Below, one piece after another: positions 25,060 to 37,974 of a DNA stretch of 64,000 nucleotides. The translations under genes were made by a program, and so were the position numbers. This DNA comes from Antedon mediterranea. Its lineage: Eukaryota; Animalia; Echinodermata. The notes beneath the pieces are model-generated. The model did not search any database. It had not been told where the DNA came from and saw nothing but the letters and a program-made list of their open reading frames with translations. The stretch is taken from positions 10,760,948 through 10,824,947 of the forward strand of contig NC_092673.1 of the NCBI RefSeq assembly GCF_964355755.1, in the 5' to 3' direction. Numbering within the stretch: position 1 is the stretch's first letter; every line of letters begins with the position of its first letter.

Positions 25060-28000
25060 GTAATTTTTGAATTTTAAAAAGTGGAAATTTTAGTAATTTT
25101 TCGAAATAATTCCTATGGTCCCCCCCAGGGAAATTTTCCCAAAAATGGCCAAATTTTAACCCTTTTATATGGCTCTATAAGATGATGTTAGCACAATATA
25201 TTTGTAAAAATGGCAATATTATAGCATAATTATTGAATTTTAAAAAGTGGGAATTTTGGCCATTTTTCGACCCTTTTATTTTTTTGACATAACTAGCTGC
25301 TATGTCTCTATAAGATAATGTTAACACAATATATTTATATAAATTTCAATATTATAGCATAATTTTCGAATTTTAGAAATTGGAAATTTTGTCAATTTTT
25401 CGAAAAAATTCCTATGGCCCCCCACAGGAAAATTTTCGAAAAATGGAAAAATTTCGATCCTTTTATTTTTTGACATAACTCGTTACTATGGCTCTATAAG
25501 ATGATGATAACACAATATAATATGTGCATAAATGGCAATATTATAGCCTAATTATTGAATTTTAAAAGGTTGACATTTTGGACATTTTTCGAAAAAAATT
25601 CTATGGTCCCCCGGAGGAAAATCTTCGAAAAATAGCCAAATTTCGACCCTTTTATTTTTTGACATAACTAGTGACTCTGGCTGTATAAGATCATGTTAGC
25701 AAAATATATCTGTATAAATGGCAATATTATAGCATAATTATTTAATTTTAAAAAATGGAAAATGTTGAAATTTTTCGACTCTTTTATTTTTTTGACATAA
25801 CTAGCTGCTATGTCTCTATAAGATGATGTTAGCATAATATATTTGCATAAATGGCAATATTATAGCATAATTTTCGAATTTTAAAAAGTGGAAATTTTTG
25901 CCATTTTTCAAAAAAATTCCTATGGTCCCCCCTCAGAAAAATTTTCGAAAAATGGCAAAATTTTGACCCTTTTATTTGTTGACATAACTAGTAACTATAG
26001 CTCTATCAGATGATGTTAACACAATGTGCATAAATGGCAATATTATAGCATAATTTTCGAATTTTAGAAATTTGAAATTTGGTCAATTTTTCGAAAAAAT
26101 TCCTATAGTCCCCCGCATGAACATTTTCGAAAAATGGCAAAATTTCAACCCTTTTATTTTTTGAAATAATTCTTTACTATGGCTCTATAAGATGATGTTA
26201 GCAAAATTTATCTGTATGAATGGCAATATCATAACATAATTATTTAATTTTTAAAAGTGGAAAATGTTGGCATTTTTCGACCCTTTTATTTTTTTGACAT
26301 AACTAGTTACGATGGCTCTATAAGATGATGTTAACACAATATATGTGCATAAATGGCAATATTATAACATAATTATTGAATTTGAAAAAGTTGAAAATTT
26401 TGCCATTTTTCGAAAAAAAATCATATAGTCCCCCGCAGGGAAATTTTCGAAAAATTGCCAAATTTCGACCCTTTTATTTTTTGACATAACTCGTTACTAT
26501 GGCTTTATAAGATGATGTTAACACAATATATGTGCAGAAATGGCAATATTATAGCCTAATTATTGAATTTTAAACGGTGGACATTTTGGTTAATGTTAGC
26601 AAAATATATCTGTATAAATTTCAACATTATAGCATAATTTTTGAATTTTGAAAAGTGGAAATTTTTTGCCATTTTTCGAAAAAAAACCTATGGTCCCCCG
26701 CTGGAAAATTTTCTAAAAATGGCCCAATTTTCACCCTTTTATTTTTTGACATAACTAGTTACTATGGCTCTATAAGATAATGTTAGCACAAAATATTTGC
26801 AAAAATGGCAATATTATAGCATAATTATTGAATTTTAAAAAGTGGGAATTTTTACCATTTTTCGACCCTTTTATTTTGTTGACACAACTAGCTGCTATGT
26901 CTCTATAAGATGATGTTAGCACAATATATTTGCATAAATGGCAATATTATAGCATAATTATAGAATTTTAAAAATTGGAAATTTTGGACCTTTTTCGAAA
27001 AAAAAAATCCTATGGTAAAATTTTTGCCATTTTCGACCCTTTTATATTTTGACATAAGTAGTTGCTATGGCTCTATAAGATGATGTCAGCACAATATATG
27101 TGCATAAATGGCAATATTATAGCATAATTTTTGAATTTTAAAAAGTGGAAATTTTAGTCATTTTTCGAAAAAAATCCTATGGTCCCCTATAAGATGATGT
27201 TAGCACAATATATTTGTAAAAATGGCAATATTATAGCATAATTATTGAATTTTAAAAAGTGGGAATTTTGGCCATTTTTCGACCCTTTTATTTTTTTGAC
27301 ATAACTAGCTGCTATGTCTCTATAAGATGATGTTAACACAATATATTTGCATAAATGCCAATATTATAGCATAATTATAGAATTTTAAAAAGTGGAGATT
27401 TTGGCAATTTTTCGAAAAAATTCCTATGGTCCCCAGCAGGGAAATTCTCGAAAAATGGCCAAATTTTTATCCTTTTATTTTTTGACATAACTAGTTACTA
27501 TGGCTCTATAAGATGATGTTAGCACAATATATTTGCATAAATGACAATATTATAGCATAATTTTTGAATTTTAAAAAATGGAAATTTTTGCCATTTTTCG
27601 AAAAAATTCCTATGGTCCCCAGCATGGAAATTTTCGAAAAATGGCCAAATTTTGATCCTTTTATTTTTCACATAACTAGTTACTATGGCTCTATAAGATG
27701 ATGTTAACACAATATATTTGAATAAATGGCAATACTATAGCATAATTTTTGAATTTTAAACAATGGAAATTTTGACCATTTTTAAAAAAAAAATCCTATG
27801 GTCCCCCGCAGTGAAATTTTTCGAAAAATGGCCAAATTTCGACCCTTTTATTTCTTGACATAACTAGTTACTATGGCTCTATAAGATGATGTTAACACAA
27901 TATATGCGCATAAATGGCAATATTATAGCCTAGTTATAGAATTTTGAAAATTGGAAATTTTTGCCATTTTTCGAAAAAAATTCCTATGGTCCCCCGCAGA

Positions 28001-29246
28001 GAAATTTTCGCAAAAATGGCCAAACTTCAAACCTTTTATTAGTCGCGTGGACGCGACTCTACAGTTCACTATGTCGGTCGGTCTGTCGGTCTGTCTGTCG
28101 GTCCGATATCACTTTGCGTTTTATCGCTTTTCTGTACTTTTTGAACTGTTTTGATGTACAGAAAAGTTTTAAAGTACATTACTTTTTGAAAGTTCATTTA
28201 TTTCTGAGAGCATGCAACTTATTATTTTTGGCCTTGTTTTTTGACATAACGAGTTACTATGGCTCTATAAGATGATGTTAACACAATATATGTGCATAAA
28301 TGGCAATATTATAGCCTAATTATAGAATTTAAAAAGTGGAAATTTTGGTCGTTTTCGAAAAAAATCGTATGGTCCCCCGGAGGGAAATTGTCGCAAAAAT
28401 GGCGAAATTTCAAACCTTTTATTTTTTGACATAACTAGTTACTATGGCTCTATAAGTTGATGTTAAATGGTAGACATTTTGGTTACTTTGCGAAAAAATT
28501 CCTGTCGTCCCCTGAACGGAAATTTTCCGTAAATGGCCAAATTTCGACCCTTTTATTTTTTGACATAACTAGTTACTATGGCTATATAAGATGATGTTAG
28601 CACAATATATTTGCATAAATGGCAATATTATAGCATAATTATTTAATTTTCATTTTTCAACCCTTTTACTTTTTGACATAACTAGTTACTATGTCTCTAT
28701 AAGATGATGTTAGCACAATATAATATGTACATAACTGGCAATATTATAGTATAATTATGGAATTTTTTAAATTGGAAATTTTGGCAATTTTTTGAAACGA
28801 TTCCTATGGTCCCACAGAGGGAAATTTTCGATAATTGGCAAAATTTCGACCCTTTTATTTTTTGACATAACTAGTTACGATGGCTCTATAAGAAGATGTT
28901 AACACAATATATGACCATAAATGGAAATATTATAGCCTAATTATTTAATTTAAAATATTGGAAAATTTTTGCCATTTTCGACCCTTTTATATTTTGACAT
29001 AAGTAGTTGCTATGGCTCTATAAGATGATGTTAGCACAATATATGTGCATAAATGGCAATAATATAGCATAATTTTCGAATTTTAAAAAGGGGAAATTTT
29101 AGTAATTTTTCGAAAAAATTCCTATGGCCCAAGGAAATTTTCGCAAAAATGGCCAAATTCTAACCCTTTTATTTTTTGACATAACTAGTTACTGTTGCTC
29201 TATAAGATGATTTTAACATAATATATTTGCATAAATGCCAATATTA
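25060..29246 (+). repeat. ~186-bp satellite (sat186) with ~130-bp deletion variants
   Basis: GACATAACTAGTTACTATGGCTCTATAAGATGATGTTA recurs; 186-bp period at 27371/27557. Confidence 0.93.
28039..28237 (+). mobile_element. Short HINE-like (Helentron-associated) element inserted in a T run of sat186
   Basis: TTAGTCGCGTGGACGCGACT start, GTCG/GTCT microsatellite, end TTGGCCTTGT. The host monomer CCTTTTATT|TTTTGACATAAC resumes with no TSD. Confidence 0.75.
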
Positions 29247-31068
29247 CTCTCTCTCGCTGATCTATCTCTCTCTCTCTCTCGCTGATCTATCTCTCTCTCG
29301 CTGATCTATCTCTCTCTGGCTGATCTATCTCTCTCTCTCTCTCTCTGATCTATCTCTCTCTCGCAGATCTATCTCTCTCTCGCTGATCTATCTCTCTCTC
29401 GCTGATCTATCTCTCTCTCGCTGACCTATCTCCCTCTCGCTGATCTATCTCTCTCTCGCTGATCTAGCTCTCTCTCGCTGATCTATCTCTCTCTCTTGCT
29501 GATCTATCTCTCTCTCGCTGATCTATCTCTCTCTCGCTGATCTATCTCTCTCTCGCTGACCTATCTCCCTCTCGCTGATCTATCTCTCTCTCGCTGATCT
29601 ATCTCTCTCTCGCCTATCTATCTATCTCTCTCTCGCTGATCTATCTCTCTCTCGCTGATCTATCTCTCTCTCGCTGATCTATCTATCTCTCTCTCGCTGA
29701 TCTATCTCTCTCTCGCTGATCTATCTCTCTCTCGCTGACCTATCTCCCTCTCGCTGATCTATCTCTCTCTCGCTGATCTAGCTCTCTCTCTCGCTGATCT
29801 ATCTCTCTCTCGCTGATCTATCTCTCTCTTGCTGATCTATCTCTCTCGCTGATCTATCTCTCTCTCGCTGATCTATCTATCTCTCTCTCGCTGATCTATC
29901 TCTCTCTCGCTGATCTATCTATCTCTCTCTCACTGATCTATCTCTCTCTCGCTGATCTATATATCTCTCTCTCTCTCGCTGATCTATCTCTCACTCGCTG
30001 ATCTATCTATCTCTCTCGCTGTTCTATCTATCTCTCTCTCGCTGATCTATCTATCTCTCGCTGATATATCCATCTCTCTCTCTCGCTCATCTATCTCTCT
30101 CTCGCTGATCTATCTATCTCTCTCTCTCGCTGATCTATCTCTCTCTCGATGATCTATCTATCTCTCTCTCGCTGATCTATCTCTCTCTCGCTGATCTATC
30201 TCTCTCTCGGTGATCTATCTCTCCCCCGCTGATCTATCTCTCTCTCGCTAATCTATCTCTCTCTCGCTGATCTATCTCTCTCTCTCGCTGATCTATCTCT
30301 CTCGCTGATCTATCTCTCTCTCGCTGATCTATCTCTCTCGCTGATCTATCTCTCTCTCGCTGATCTATCTCTCTCTCGCTTATATATATCTCTCTCTCGC
30401 TGATCTATCACTCTCTCTCGCTGATCTATCTCTCTCTCTCGCTGATCTATCTCTCTCTCTCTCTCGCTGAGCTATCTCTCTCTCGCGCTGATCTATCTCT
30501 CTCTCTCGCTGATCTATCTCTCTCTCTCTCTCTGATCTATCTCTCTCTCTCGCTGATCTATCTCTTTCTCTCGCTGATCTATCTCTCTCTCTCGCTGATC
30601 TATCTCTAGCTCTCTCTCGCTGATCTATCTCTCTCTCTGTCGCTGATCTATCTCTCTCTGTCGCTGATCTATCTCTCTCTCTCTCTGTCGCTGATCTATC
30701 TCTCTCTCGCTGCTCTATCTCTCCTCCTCGCTGATCTATCTCTCTCTCTCGCTGATCTATCTCTCTCTCTCTCTCTCGCTGATCTCTCTCTCTCTCTCTC
30801 TCTTGCTGATCTATCTCTCTCTCGCTGATCTCTCTCTCTCTCTCTCTCTCTCGCTGATCTATCTCTCTCGCTGATCTATCTCTCTCTCGCCGATCTATCT
30901 CTCTCTCGCTGATCCATCTCTCTCTCGCTGATCTATCTCTCTCTCTCTCGCTGATCTATCTCTCTCTCGCTGATCTATCTATCTCTCTCTCTCGCTGATC
31001 TATCTCTCTCTCGCTGATCTATCTATCTCTCTCTCGCTGATCTATCTATCTCTCTCTCGCTGATCTAC
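29247..31068 (+). repeat. Compound microsatellite [GCTGATCTA(TC)n]
   Basis: Direct reading. Confidence 0.97.
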
Positions 31069-31760
31069 CTGAAAAAACTGTAATTTAAAGCAAAAAAATG
31101 GTCAAATTTTTTGGAAGCCAATGAGTTTTTGGGTAATTTAACTGTTTATTTTGTCTTTTTATAGGTTAAATAATTTTTCCCCGTTGTTTTTTCTTATGGA
31201 AGTGAACAACTTCATTAAAACTGCAAATTGGCCTATTTAAAGTCCGATTTTAAAAATCTTTATTTTTCATGATTTTGGGAGACAATATACATCTTTAATT
31301 TTAAAATAAAGTATATACATTTTATAAGATTAATAAATAATATTTTAAACGGCAAAATATTAAATAGCCCCATTACTACAATGTTACTTAAGTAGTAAGC
31401 AGGGCTCTATAAAAACCATTTTCCGATTTTTTAATATAAAATACATTATAATAAAAATTATTACTGAAGACGTAGATATTAAATTGTCAAAGTATGAATA
31501 CTGATCATATCTGATATTTTCAGGGGTCCCTGATATTATAAAATACTATTAATATGATAGCAATAGAGACGGAGGCATGCTCAGCCCTAATAACTGAACC
31601 AATAACAAATGTACAAGATTCACGCGCTGTCATCATGTATAGCTTCACACTGTCTTGCCCTTTTTACGTTTAAACTCCGCCTTCTAATTTAAATGTTAAA
31701 ACCGAGCCTACTCAAGCGTTTTTTAAAACATTTTGTCCGACGCTTGAGTAGGCAAGGCTA
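31069..31760 (+). repeat. ~690-bp non-coding segment duplicated at 61094-61799
   Basis: CCTGAAAAAACTGTAATTTAAAGC... near-identical in both places with the same neighbouring repeats. Confidence 0.92.
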
Positions 31761-32058
31761 ACAAAATTCATTTTGTCGCGACAAAATGAATTTTGTCTAC
31801 ACAGAATAAATTTTGTCTACACAGAATACATTTTGTCGCCAAAAAATGAATTTTGTCGTTACAGAATGAATTTTGCCTACACAGAATTAATTTTGTCCAC
31901 ACAGAATTAATTTTGTCTACACAAAATGAATTTTGTCGTTACAGAATGAATTTTGTCGCCACAAAATGAATTTTGTCGTTACGGAATGAATTTTGTCTAC
32001 ACAGAATTAATTTTGTCAACACAGAATTAATGTTGTCTACACAGAATGAATTTTGTCA
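31761..32058 (+). repeat. 20-bp palindromic minisatellite, about 15 units
   Basis: Same unit as 19748-20228. Confidence 0.92.
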
Positions 32059-33796
32059 AGTTTCATCGAAATGCACAAAATGGTCTAAAACGTCTCCAAA
32101 TGCGATTTGAAGCTATTTTGTGCACTTTGATGGTTTTGTGTGAAAAGTTTCATCGAAATGCACAAAATGGTCAAAAACGTCTCCAAATACGATAATAAGC
32201 TGTTGTATGCACATTGATGTTTTTGTGTGAAAAGTCTCATCGAAATGCACAAAATGGTCTAAAACGTCACTAAATCCGTTTTGAAGCTATTCTAAGCACT
32301 TTGGTGTTTTTTTTTATGTTACCAAGTTTTTTCGAAATGCACAAAATGGTCAAAAACGTCTCCAAATACGATAATAAGCTGTTGTATGCACATTGATGTT
32401 TTTGTGTGAAAAGTCTCATCGAAATGCACAAAATGGTCTAAAACGTCACTAAATCCGTTTTGAAGCTATTCTAAGCACTTTGGTGTTTTTTTTATGTTAC
32501 CAAGTTTTTTCGAAATGCACAAAATGGTCTAAAACGTCTCCAAATGCGATTTGGAGCTCTTTTGTGCGCTTTGATGTTTTGTGTAAAAAGTTTTATAGAA
32601 ATGGTCGAAATGGTCTAAAACGGTTTCAAATGTGATTTTAAGCACTTTAATGTTTTGTGTGAAAAGTTTTATCGAAATGCTCAAAATGGTCTAAAACGGT
32701 TTCAAATGTGATTTTAAGCACTTTGATATTTTTGTGTAATCAAGTTTTTTCGAAATGCACAACATGGTCTAAAACGTCTCCAAATGCACATTTTGTGCAC
32801 ATTGATGTTTTTGTGTGAAAAGTTTGATCGAAATGCACAAAATGGTCTAAAACGTCTCCAAATGCGATTTGAAGCTATTTTGTGCACTTTGATGTTTTGT
32901 GTGAAAAGTTTCATCAAAATGCACAAAATGGTCTAAAAGGTCTCCAAATCCGTTTTGAAGCTAATCTAAGCACTATGATGTTTTTATGTTAACAAGTTTT
33001 TTCGAAATGGACAAAATGGTCTAAAACGTCTCCAAATACGATTTGAAGCTCTTTTGTGCACTTTGATGTTTTGTATAAAAAGTTTTATAGAAATACACAA
33101 AATGGTTTAAAACGGTTTCAAATGTGATTTTAAGCACTTTGATATTTTTGTGTCAAAAGTTTCATCGAAATGCACAAAATGGTCTAAAACTTCTCCAAAT
33201 ACGATTTGGAGCTCTTTTGTGCACTTTGATGTTTTGTGTCAAAAGTTTTATAGAAATGCTCGAATTGGTCTAAAACGGTTTCAAATATGATTTTAAGCAC
33301 TTTGATATTTTTGTGTAATCAAGTTTCATCGAAATGCACAAAATGGTCTAAAACGTCTCCAAATACGATATTAAGCTATTGTATGCACTTTTTTGTTTTT
33401 GTGTGAAAAGTTTCATCGAAATGCACAAAATGGTCTAAAACGGTTTCAAATGTGATTTTAAGCACTTTGATATTTTTGTGTAATAAAGTTTCATCGAAAT
33501 GCACAAAATGGTCTAAAACGTCTCCAAATGCGATTTGAAGCTATTTTGTGCACATTGATGGTTTTGTGTGAAATGGTCAAAAACGTTTTTTGTAAAAAGT
33601 TTTATAGAAATGCTCAAAATGGTCTAAAACGGTTTCAGATGTGATTTTAAGCACTTTGATGTTTTTGTGTAACCAAGTTTCATCGAAATGCACAAAATGG
33701 TCTAAAACGTCTCCAAATGCGATTTGAAGCTATTTTGTGCACTTTGATGTTTTTGTGTGAAAAGTTTCATAGAAATGCACAAAATGGTCTAAAACG
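32059..33796 (+). repeat. ~87-bp satellite (sat87) with shorter variants
   Basis: TTTCATCGAAATGCACAAAATGGTCTAAAACGTCTCCAAATGCG recurs (32061, 32148, etc.). Confidence 0.93.
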
Positions 33797-35645
33797 AGAG
33801 ATAGATCAGCGAGAGAGAGATAGATCAGCGAGTGAGAGATAGATCAGCGAGAGAGAGATAGATCAGCGAGAGAGAGATAGATCAGCGAGAGAGAAATAGA
33901 TCAGCGAGAGAGAGATAGATCAGCAAGAGATAGATAGATCAGCGAGAGAGAGAGATACATCAGCGAGAGAGAGAGATAGATCAGCGAGAGAGATATAGAT
34001 CAGCGAGAGAGAGATAGATCAGCGAGAGAGATATAGATCAGCGAGAGAGAGATAGATCAGCGAGAGAGAGATAGATCAGCGAGAGAGAGATAGATCAGCG
34101 AGAGAGAGATAGATCTGCGAGAGAGAGATAGATCAGCGAGAGAGAGATAGGTCAGCGAGAGAGAGAGAGATAGATCAGCGAGAGAGAGATAGATCAGCGA
34201 GAGAGAGATAGATCAGCGAGAGAGAGATAGATCAGCGAGTAAGAGATAGATCAGCGAGAGAGAGATAGATCAGCGAGAGAGATAGATCAGCGAGAGAGAG
34301 ATAGATCAGCGAGAGAGAAATAGATCAGCAAGAGATAGATAGATCAGCGAGAGAGAGAGAGATACATCAGCGAGAGAGAGAGATACATCAGCGAGAGAGA
34401 GATAGATCACCGAGAGAGATATAGATCAGCGAGAGAGAGATAGATCAGCGAGAGAGAGAGAGATAGATCAGCCAGAGAGAGAGATGGATCAGCGAGAGAG
34501 AGATAGATCAGCGAGAGAGATATAGATCAGCGAGAGAGAGATAGATCAGCGAGAGAGAGATAGATCGGCGAGAGAGAGATAGATCAGCGAGAGAGAGATA
34601 GATCAGCGAGAGAGATATAGATCAGCGAGAGAGAGATAGATCAGCGAGAGATAGATAGATCAGCGAGAGAGAGAGATAGATCAGCAAGAGAGATAGATCA
34701 GCGAGAGAGATAGATCAGCGAGAGAGAGATAGATCAGCGAGAGAGAGAGAGAGAGAGAGAGATAGATCAGCGAGAGAGAGAGAGAGAGAGATAGATCAGC
34801 GTGAGAGAGAGAGAGAGATAGATCAGCGAGAGAGAATAGATCAGCGAGAGAGAGAGATAGATCAGCGAGAGAGAGAGATAGATCAGCGAGGAGGAGAGAT
34901 AGATCAGCGAGAGAGAGATAGATCAGCGGCAGAGAGAGAGAGAGAGAGATAGATCAGCGACAGAGAGAGATAGATCAGCGACAGAGAGAGATAGATCAGC
35001 AAGAGAGAGAGATAGATCAGCGACAGAGAGCTAGAGATAGATCAGTGAGAGAGAGAGAGATAGATCAGCGAGAGAGAGAGATAGAACAGCGAGAGAGAGA
35101 TAGATCAGCGAGAGAGAGAGAGATAGATCAGCGAGAGAGAGAGATAGATCAGCGCGAGAGAGAGATAGATCTGCGAGAGAGAGAGATAGATCAGCGAGAG
35201 AGAGAGAGATAGATCAGCGAGAGAGAGAGATAGATCAGCGAGAGAGAGATAGATCAGCGAGAGAGAGATAGATCAGCGAGAGAGAGATAGATCAGCGAGA
35301 GAGAGATAGATCAGCGAGAGAGATAGATCAGCGAGAGAGAGAGATAGATCAGCGAGAGAGAGAGAAAGATCAGCGAGAGAGAGAGATAGATCAGCGCGAG
35401 AGAGAGATAGATCAGCGAGAGAGAGAGAGAGAGATAGATCAGCGAGAGAGAGAGATAGATCAGCGAGAGAGATAGATCAGCAAGAGATAGATAGATCAGC
35501 GAGAGAGAGAGAGAGAGAAGGAGAGAGATAGATCAGCGGGCGAGAGAGAGAGATAGATCAGCGAGAGAGAGAGATAGATCAGCAAGAGAGAGAGATAGAT
35601 CAGCGAGAGAGAGAGAGATAGATCAGCGAGGAGGAAAGATAGATC

Positions 35646-35686
<41 letters not shown>

Positions 35687-36291
35687 TAGATCAGCGACAG
35701 AGAGAGATAGATCACCGACAGAGAGAGATAGATCAGCGAGAGAGAGCTAGAGAAAGATCAGCGAGAGAGAGAGATAGATCAGCGAGAGAGAGAGAGATAG
35801 ATCAGCGAGAGAGAGAGATAGATCAGCGAGGAGGAGAGATAGATCAGCGAGAGAGAGAGATAGATCAGCGCGAGAGAGAGATAGATCAGCGAGAGAGAGA
35901 GATAGATCAGCGAGAGAGAGAGATAGATCAGCGAGAGAGAGATAGATCAGCGAGAGAGAGAGAGAGAGATAGATCAGCGAGAGAGAGATAGATCAGCGAG
36001 AGAGAGATAGATCAGCGAGAGAGAGATAGATCAACGAGAGAGAGATAGATCAGCGAGAGAGAGATAGATCAGCGAGAGAGAGATAGATCAGCGAGAGAGA
36101 GAGATAGATCAGCGAGAGAGAGGTAGATCAGCGAGATAGAGATAGATCAGCGAGAGAGAGATAGATCAGCGAGAGAGAGATAGATCAGCGAGAGAGAGAT
36201 AGATCAGCGAGAGAGAGATAACATCAGCTAGAGAGAGATAGATCAGCGAGAGAGAGATAGATCAGCGAGAGAGATAGATCAGCGAGAGAGA
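33797..36291 (-). repeat. Compound microsatellite in inverted orientation [(GA)nTAGATCAGC]
   Basis: Reverse complement of the unit at 23813-25059. Confidence 0.97.
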
Positions 36292-36494
36292 GGAATAATG
36301 AAGCGCAACCAGCACGCTACTTGAAAGATATCTCTTAATTGTTGTTATTATTTGACAATATTTGGACTTTTATTTGGTGTTGAACTCATAGTGATAAACA
36401 AGGAACTCATATAAAAAGAAAGTACACTTTTTATTACAGAACCCATTGCTAGATCCAAGTGATTTAGTACGGGGCGCCGTATGGGACATTGCTA

Positions 36495-37061
36495 ATTTTG
36501 TCGAAATATTACAATTTTGTCTACACAAAATGAATTTTGTCAATACAAAATTCATTTTGTCAACACAAAATTCATTTTGTATTGACAAAATTCATTTTGT
36601 GTTGACAAAATTTATTCTGTGTGGACAAAATTAATTTTGTCTTGCCAAAATTCATTTTGTCTCGACAAAATTAATTCTGTGTAAACAAAATTCATTCTGT
36701 GTAGGCAAAATTAATTCTGTGTTGACAAAATTAATTCTGTGTAGACAAAATTCATTCTGTAACGACAAAATTCATTTTGTGGCGACGAAATTCATTCTGT
36801 AACGACAAAATTAATTTTGTGTAGACAAAATTAATTCTGTGTAGACAAAATTAATTCTGTGTGGACAAAATTCATTTTGTGGCGACAAAATGTATTCTGT
36901 GTAGACAAAATTTATTCTGTGTAGACAAAATTCATTCTGTGTAGACAAAATTCATTCTGTGTAGACTAAATTCGTTTTGTGTTGCAACAAAATTCGTTTT
37001 GTCGCGACAAAATGAATTTTGTCGCGACAAAATGAATTTTGTCGCGACAAAATGAATTTTG
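36495..37061 (-). repeat. 20-bp palindromic minisatellite, inverted copy
   Basis: GACAAAATTCATTCTGTGTA units; mirror of 19748-20228 with extra units. Confidence 0.92.
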
Positions 37062-37974
37062 TTAGTCGAGCCTACTCAAGCGTGGGACAAAACGTTTTAA
37101 CATTTAAATTAGAAGGCGGGGTTGTTATTGGAAACTCAAAGATTGACAGTTATAGGCCTACGATCAAACAGCTCGCGAATATCATTTTACAACCTCCTCT
37201 ACACCGGTGCCAACAAATTGAAATTAATTTATCTACCGTGAGTAAAAGCAAACTAATTGAGCAACAGTCTAATATGGAACTTGAATACTTTGCGTCGAGT
37301 ATAAGTACAGTTTATACTGACGTATAACAATATTATTGTACACTTAAAATTAATTCCGATTCAGAAAAACGGAACACGTAGCCCTATATGCCTACCAATT
37401 TTGGTAATAAATATTAAAGATGGTTGAAGATTTATATCGATACCGATAATATTGATTACAAAAATGACAACACTATTTAAGATAACATCTGATAAGTTGA
37501 GTAGTAATGAAATGATTTTAGTTAATACATTTATTTTAATATAATAGTTAGTATAGGCCTATTTATTCTTATGGGAATTTCTTCGTCTATATATGCTACC
37601 AAGTTTATTTGATAGGAATACTAAATTGCTAATAGGCCTAACTCAAGGGAACAAAACTATGATATATCTCTTAAGACATATCATATTAATTGTCTCTAAT
37701 TGGAATAATAGAGATATCTTTATTGAAAAGATATCTTGGTTATAAACAGGGATATATCTCTATTGGAACCTAAGATCTATATTGTAAACTAACTACATCT
37801 ATTAAAAACTAAGATATTTTAGTTGCCTAAATATTGGACATATCAACATGCAACTGTTGAGTGCAGACGTGTTGTAAAACCGCTCCCGTCCTCTTCGGCG
37901 CCAAGCTAGTTTTTATTATTTGTCACAGTTATTTAAGCTTATTTAAGCTTTGGCAATTTATTAAAGACGACATA

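Noticed and set aside
32059-33796. sat261 as a trimer of sat87 (3 x 87 = 261)
   Set aside because: No visible sequence similarity between the monomers; treated as a numerical coincidence.
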